Source: Nymphaea colorata
Lineage: Eukaryota
Direction: 5' to 3'
NCBI RefSeq assembly: GCF_008831285.2
Contig: NC_045138.2
Location: forward strand, 12,834,001 to 12,898,000
Length of the DNA stretch: 64,000 bases
The position numbers were made by a program, and so were the translations under genes. This document shows positions 57,318 to 64,000 of this stretch, piece by piece (within the stretch, counting starts at the first letter, position 1; each line of letters starts with the position of its first letter). The notes under the pieces are model-generated. The model saw nothing but the letters and a program-made list of their open reading frames with translations, was not told where the DNA came from and ran no database searches.

Positions 57318-60300
57318 GTCCTACTCGCCCTGTGCCCTCTCGCACAGTCAGATGCCCTAGTCGTCCTATGCCCTTTCTCTCGCCTGTGCCCTCTCTCTCA
57401 ATGGTCAGATTGCCTAGTCACTCGCCCTCACAGCGCCAAACATTAAATGCATAGCAGTAGAAGACGCCTTGCGAGGAAAAGACCAGGTCGGCATCATTCG
57501 GCTGCATCAAACGAAAATTGGGTAAGAAACACCAATGTTTTACATCTGCAAGTATTTCACCAAACCAGAAAACATATCTTCCCTTCCTAATGCCCATTGC
57601 ATTAACCAAAGAATACTAATAAATTTTTTTGTTTTTTTTCTCCAAGGGGTGTATATTTCTTGAAGTCAGTTGATGCTGTAATTTAGTTGTTTTTGCATAT
57701 TACAAACCCTGTATTTCAAAATATTCATGCCTAAAGGAATTAATAGTAGACTAATAAGGAAAAATCCATAGTAGACTAATAGGGAAAAATCCAGTCTAAT
57801 CAGCTCAGAAAAGGGAAACCAGTTGCTATCAAAAGGTATTAAATGGAATCTCAAAGTACTTAAGACCTTCTCGTGAAAAACTGCAGAGGGATAGGCCCTC
57901 AACCTTTATTGCGAAGAAAATGAATATTTACAACATAAAATTTCAGTCCAATGAGGGGAAGATCACTTCCAAAACAAAAGACAACTAGGGTCCCAGTGTC
58001 ATTGCCGAACCCTCCCTCTTTAAAACCAGAGTCACCGGAACTGATCAAAATCATGTAGCAGACCTCCATAGCAAGTTGCTTGCTAGACAGCGTTAATCTT
58101 TCAGAATTCTGTTGCATGTGCAGGAACCTATCAGCAGCAGGAACTATCCCTTGAATCACCCTATTCACCCAATGTTTCCACTATTGTGATCTGAGTTTGT
58201 TCCAATGGAATTTCGCTCAAGCACCTGTTAAGGACCCAGCTTTCTTATAACAGAAACCCATCTTTTGCCCAGCAACACACACCATACAAAAATTCACACG
58301 ATTTCCTATGAACTAGACCAGCAAAGCGTCTGAGATTCCCATCCGCCCAGGAGGCAATATGAATATTGAAGCAAATATTGTCACCAAACATCCAATCATC
58401 TAGAGCAATGCCAAGGAGCAGCCAAACTTCAATATTCTTTTTGTCCATCCAAGACAAGTTAAGTTTCTGATATTGCTCTTTGCAGACTTGCCACAAACCA
58501 TTGACGTTGTTATGAGTCATTCTATCCTCTCTATGCCTTCTCGCATTTCTGAGCTGCCAAAGATACCAGATCACCAAGTGATAGGTTGTTTTCCAAGGAC
58601 AGACCATGGTTTCCTTCTAACTTTTGGCTTACACCACCATTTCAGCCCACATTTGACGTTCCTTGCTCTAGGCAATTGAAAACTCCAACAGTCCCTAGAC
58701 ATATTGCAATTGAAAAAAAGTTGCTCTTCATCTTCTATCGCCCTGTGACAGAGAACGCAGCAAGACAAAGTTGAATTCCAAGCCTTTGAAGCCTGACTTC
58801 TGACATGATTCTGCCCTCACACGCTATCTTGATTAACAAATCTCGAAAATGAACCTTACTGTCAAGCAAATGATATTAGACAACCTGACCTTGCTCAAGC
58901 AGAAACCCAATTATTAAGGAAGAGACTCTGAGGGAGCTCAGAATAAGTTCAATAAGCTGTGTCCAGCCATAATGATGTACGTCTTGGATAAAGCTCAGGT
59001 CAGTCACAGGCTACAAACTGCTGCATTTGCTGAATATGCAACACGCTGGGTCCAAACCGAACTCCTGCATTCCTACCTTCAAGAAGCCTCTGAGGCCATT
59101 AAAAAACCCAACTATTAAGGAAGAGACTCTGAGGGAGCTCAGAATAAGTTCAATAAGCTGAGTCCAGCCATAATGATGTATGGCTTGGATAAAGCTCAGG
59201 TCAGTCACAGGCTACAAACTGCTGCATTTGCTGAATATGCAACACGCTGGGTCCAAACCGAACTCATGTGCATTCCTACCTTCAAGAAGCCTCTGAGGCC
59301 ATTGAAAAATGCAAACAAGTGCATCATGGTCTTATTAGAACACTCCAGTTGTCAGAACTTAGGTTAACAATGAGTTCCAAGAGAATTAAGGTATAGTTTT
59401 GTCCCCTGGTGTGTATGTGTGTTTTTTTCTGCACTCCCGTGTGTTCTTTCTGCACTCTTACAAGATGGGAGTTGGAGTAAAGACCGTTTGGATACTTGCA
59501 GCCATGCCTGCAACATCAGAACACCACAAATTTCCAAAAAAAAACTTGGAGGAGAAACTAATCTTCTTGCCAAGCAGATGCTAATTCAAGTAAATTGAGA
59601 TTAGAAATAGCATTCTTGCATGTGTGTGTGTGCATACATACATTTTTTTGGTTTTGTATTATTTATTAGTTTTTTGTACTTCTCCATTTTTTTTCCTGGT
59701 CAAATATGGCACTGACCTTAGTTGCAAGGTGCCAGGCAGTACCTAGGCAAAAAAGGCGCCTTTTTTTTTTCTTTGTTTAGTTATGTTACTCATCACATAA
59801 TAAAATTATGTACTTACTGATTGAACTATAAGCTTCTATTCCAAGTAAAACTTGAAAAACTGTTCTGTTCTTTTCTAATTGAATGATTATACTTTGTAAG
59901 TAAAGCCAAAAAGTAAAACATGAAAAACTATTATGTTCTTGTTTACATGACAGATTAACAGTACACCAGCTTGGTTACATACTGGAAAACTGTGCTGTTC
60001 TGTTTTAGCTGATGCCTTGGTTTGATACACAAAAGAAAACATGTCATTCTTGTTTACATACTGGACAATGCTTGCATTTCTTATGGACTATTTCAGTTAT
60101 CGACCTTATAGACTATTTCGTTTGAATCGTTTCAAACAAAAATCATATCAAATCAGTACATATAATATACATTACAAGTTTACAACAGATTGTACATATA
60201 ACATATAATATACATAAAGCACACAAAACACCCTCACAAATGAGAAAATAAATCTGTTATCATGTTCCAAAAGTGAGGTCTGCACGTATTTCTCTGATTA

Positions 60301-63183
60301 CTAGACATGCACTAAACAAGAGAAACTTGTGGTCTTTCTACCATAAACCTAGGTTTTAACATGGGTAAGAAGGCTGGCACAGGTTCTACAAAATATGTTT
60401 TAGAGCACGTAAGAAATATACAGAAATTCATTGGTTTTATAGAATATGTACTTAACGTATTGCTGAGTTGATATAAAATATATAATTAACGTACAACAAA
60501 CTGTACTTAAAAAACAGAAATTATATAATATAACTGCATATAATATAAGTATATATGGTATAACAATGTATATTACAGAACTTCATTTGAAAGGAAGGTG
60601 ACATTTCACCTTCCCATGAACTAGGCATATAGGGCTTAGTCCAGCCTAGGCACACCTAGGCACCAGTCTAACACCCATCATCTAAGTGATGGGCTTAGGC
60701 GACAGGTGTGGACTCGTGACTAGGTGACGCTTAGGCATGGACTTGTCCATGCCTTAACAAGTAAGGCACTGACCATTGACTGAGCTAGTCATCAGCTAGT
60801 TCCGCTAGCTCCTCTGGCTGTTCATGGAGGGATTCCCACCATGGAAAAGTAAGTTTTTGCTAAGCTTTTGGCTCATGTTTAAATAAAAGTTTTTCTTTAT
60901 ACTTAAGTGCCTTTCTGCACTTGTTCTTTGCCTTTGCTCTGAGCAGTCTTCTCCATATTTGAAGAGTAAATTAGACTACGTTAGTGGCCTGTTCTGGTGA
61001 TTGATGAAGAGTTCCATGTCTAGATACTATAAAGTAGAAAACCCTGTCACAGCAATATTGCCTGTTTAAAGCTTTAAAATAAGTCATCAAACAAAGAAAA
61101 GTGTCAAGAAGAGAGAAATGCCTGTGGGCAGTATCAGGGTGGTCCAAACCAAGGCAACGCTCATTTATGATCAACTCCTTATGCTGCTGTATTATTGCAC
61201 CTGCCATGTCACCAGCATGGTAGAGAACCATAGCGAGATAGCTGCAAATTAAAAAGCAATTTTAAAGGATTGTCAATGTAATACTGTTCAACAAAAAAAG
61301 AAGTTAATTCAACAAAAAAGAAAGATAAAAGGAAATGAGCTTCTGCCTAAAATATCAACATGCACTAGCTTTTTCCTCGACCAATTCACTGCTTACTAGA
61401 ATTCAAAGTTTTGGTGCACATTGTAAAACTCTAGAAGGACCATGTTGCACCACCATGCGATCAAATTTTGGTAACACAAGCTTTAATATGCTTGCAAAGA
61501 CAAACGGATTTGGTAGCTTGCAGATAGTAGGCACTTGAGCGCATGAGGTTGTGAAGGATTCATAGCTTAGGGCTCAAACTGTCACAGAACCCACACCAGA
61601 CCATCTCATAATGCAAACATTGGGTGTTGTGGAAGTTTTCTACAATCATAGAGATTCAATTATTCACATGGATCTGAAGCCCATCAACCTAACATCAACT
61701 CAAATCTGGTATCTGTGACAATCAAGATACTGGATGGATGAATTAAAAGAATATCTAGTCACTTCAGTACGTTAACAAATCAATTGCTATCTGTATAACT
61801 TTGCACAAAATACTGTTGGTTTCTAGCATTAACAACCCTTTTCAGGTACAATTTTTCTCCTCCTCAGGATAATATAGGACATAACATAGAAGCAAAGCCA
61901 TCTGAATATCATGTCTCCATATTCGAGACTACAATCAGGAACCACAACTAAATACTTAACGTCAAACTCAAGTTAAGAAATTACCAGCTTTTCGCCTCAT
62001 TATATTTTTAAACATCGTAATCATATTTGTGTATACAAGCATGAAATACCTATAACCTGATTGCTTCTGAACACATTTAGTTCATAAAAACCACTATTGC
62101 AAACAGTTTGTGGCCAAAATTCATGTGATTACCGGCAACAGTTAGCAACTTCTCGATGCATGGGACCAGTTACCTGCATTCATACTTATCAATATCAAAT
62201 TACTTTGAGAACATTAATGTCAAAAGGAAAAAAGCAACAGGTTGAAAGGTCCTACTTGCTGAAGTATTGAGAAAGCTTCAGAAAACAATGAGTACGCTTC
62301 ATTAAGCATGCCCTACAATGCCAGAGGATTAATATAAATTAGACTGGCAGTTTTGCAACCAAAAATCATTAAACAAGTCATTTTGAAACCTTGGTTTCTC
62401 TAGTACCTCAGCTAACCGGAGCTTTCCTGTTTCAATAAGATCTTTTGCTTCAATGCAGACAGGAACAGAATGCTTCACAACAGGTTGAAGATCCAAAACA
62501 TCTGATGTTTGAAAAGGACAAGTTGCATCAAGGTCATACTTTCTTGCAGCAATTGATATGCCCAGCTGTTTGTACATTAAAGAGTGGTATCAGATAAGGA
62601 CGTTATCCCCAGCTACTATTGACTGCAGAAGCAACTAAACTAGCCAATATCAGACAGCAGTTGGGTTATTCTAACCCTACAAGCACTTCCAGAAAGGAAA
62701 ATTAAGAACAATTGTTTTCCCTGAAACCAATATATCATCAAAGGAACCATCCGCTAAACACCAAATGAAATGCTGGAAAAAATCTGAAATCAGCATTGCA
62801 TGGAAAGACGGGGCACAAGATGGATCGAATCCTATAAAAACACAAAGATCACAATCCAAAAACAAAAATACCAAAAGTTACCTTTTGGCACAGATTTCGG
62901 ATGGTTGACACCTTTCGTACTTGTAATTTTGCATCGTCAGGTAAAGTGAACTACAATAACAGATTCTTCGCATCAACAAAATGAATTTTTAAAGAAAGGA
63001 AAATGAGCAGTGAATGAGATTTTTTTTAAGTACCTGATATTTGTGTTTTGCAAAATCCTCAATGCCAGACCAAACGACTTCTGATGTGATATGAGCATAT
63101 GCCACGTGATGCTTCAATGCCATTGCAGCATTAGATGAATTTCTCTGGCCTTTTACAGAATTTTGTGTAGGTTCTCGACTAAC
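50906..63183 (-). CDS. FMT: Clustered mitochondria protein (CLU/CLUH family, FRIENDLY/FMT-like), 3' portion; gene continues beyond the window. Exons: 63183-63034, 62950-62882, 62565-62407, 62312-62256, 62173-62133, 61241-61122, 56652-56343, 56249-56142, 56059-55988, 51331-50906
   Basis: Spliced translation gives [17 protein letters not shown]...[64 protein letters not shown] (TPR region), [25 protein letters not shown] and [25 protein letters not shown]. These match the C-terminal half of plant CLU as I recall it. Phases are consistent and the stop TAG is at 50908-50906. The acceptor at 63183 is the least certain. Confidence 0.93.
52906..54306. mobile_element. Decayed non-autonomous DNA transposon with CGATAC/GTATCG motifs
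   Basis: Clusters of the same subterminal motif as the hAT end at 17065-17229 occur at about 52960, 53690-53760 and 54275. No TSD was found. Confidence 0.5.
57900..59600 (-). mobile_element. Decayed LINE 3' fragment in a CLU intron
   Basis: A zf-RVT-like peptide [25 protein letters not shown] lies in ORF 58571-58768, with Trp-rich downstream fragments. Confidence 0.62.
58903..59309. repeat. Tandem direct duplication, period about 201 bp, two copies
   Basis: AAACCCAA(T/C)TATTAAGGAAGAGACTC...GAGGCCATT starts at 58903 and again at 59104 with few differences. Confidence 0.92.
59717..60765. mobile_element. Non-autonomous hAT-type element in a CLU intron
   Basis: It has a perfect 8-bp TSD GCACTGAC, imperfect TIRs (CTTAGTTG / CAAGTAAG) and CCTAGGC-like subterminal motifs. 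Confidence 0.72.
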
Positions 63184-64000
63184 CTGTTCCAGGAGAGATT
63201 AGATACTAGAACAATTCAAAACCGAATTCAACTCTTAATTGCCAAAATCAGAAGACAGACTCAGGGACCTACAAGGACCAGCCAGATTGAGCTAAGGCAG
63301 CTAGACCTAAACACACTTCAGAATTTCACATTTACGAGCAGTGTGTATGGGTATATACATACATACTGACATAAATGAATACATACATATGCATAAATAT
63401 ATACATATATATATATATATATAGCATACATACTTATACATAAATAATATATACACAGAGAGCTTCAAGTTTCAGAGGAAAAGAGAGAGAGGAGGAAGAA
63501 TATACAGCAGAAAAAGTACATAGAGATGCAGGATACGAAACATTCAGAAATACATAATATATAGAATAAGTAAATAGACATACACCAACATATATATACA
63601 TGGAACTTTAGTTTTATACTTTTGTAACTAAACATCAACCACCAGTCATTTTGGAATTTTAGTTTTTCTAGTATCAGCTAAATGCAGTTGTCCAGTTTCA
63701 ATAACATCTTCCAGTTCCATGCAGACAGGAACATAAAGTTTGATAGGTTGAAGAACAAAACGTCTATGTTCCAATAAATAAACAGAATATATATATATAT
63801 ATACATGCACAAAAAAATCATATTTGATATTTTAGAAGGGTTTTTTTTTTTCTTAGAAAGGCCCATATCAGCAACTGGTTAGTCAATGACGGGTAGTGAA
63901 TTAGTCAACTAAGTCGATTAGTCCCTCAAATGGGGTTACTGACATGGACATAGGGACTAGTCAATAGAATGGTTCATGGCCCACTGGGCAACTAGTAGGA

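Overview
This is AT-rich plant (angiosperm) nuclear DNA with two convergent, intron-rich host genes among dense transposon sequence. (1) The + strand carries a polynucleotide 3'-phosphatase ZDP gene (PARP-type zinc finger plus HAD phosphatase), with 10 exons traced from 6225/6327 to 38714. Its three largest introns hold a decayed hAT transposon and two young Ty1/copia elements, each nested in an older copia relic. (2) The - strand carries the 3' part of a clustered-mitochondria (CLU/FRIENDLY) gene, with 10 exons traced from 63183 to 50906, including one GC-AG intron. Between the genes lie a ~240-bp tandem array, a tRNA-like SINE, a GC-rich hAT-type MITE and a decayed LINE. Many MITEs with 8-bp target-site duplications (TSDs) are scattered throughout. 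I found no convincing new multi-gene system. The most notable observations are a duplicated ZDP terminal exon, an intact copia in sense orientation in the last ZDP intron, a copia lacking an RT catalytic Asp, a conserved LTR palindrome with a compensatory change, and the tandem array just after the ZDP stop. All exon and TSD coordinates were read by eye; family assignments come from motif recognition, not database searches.
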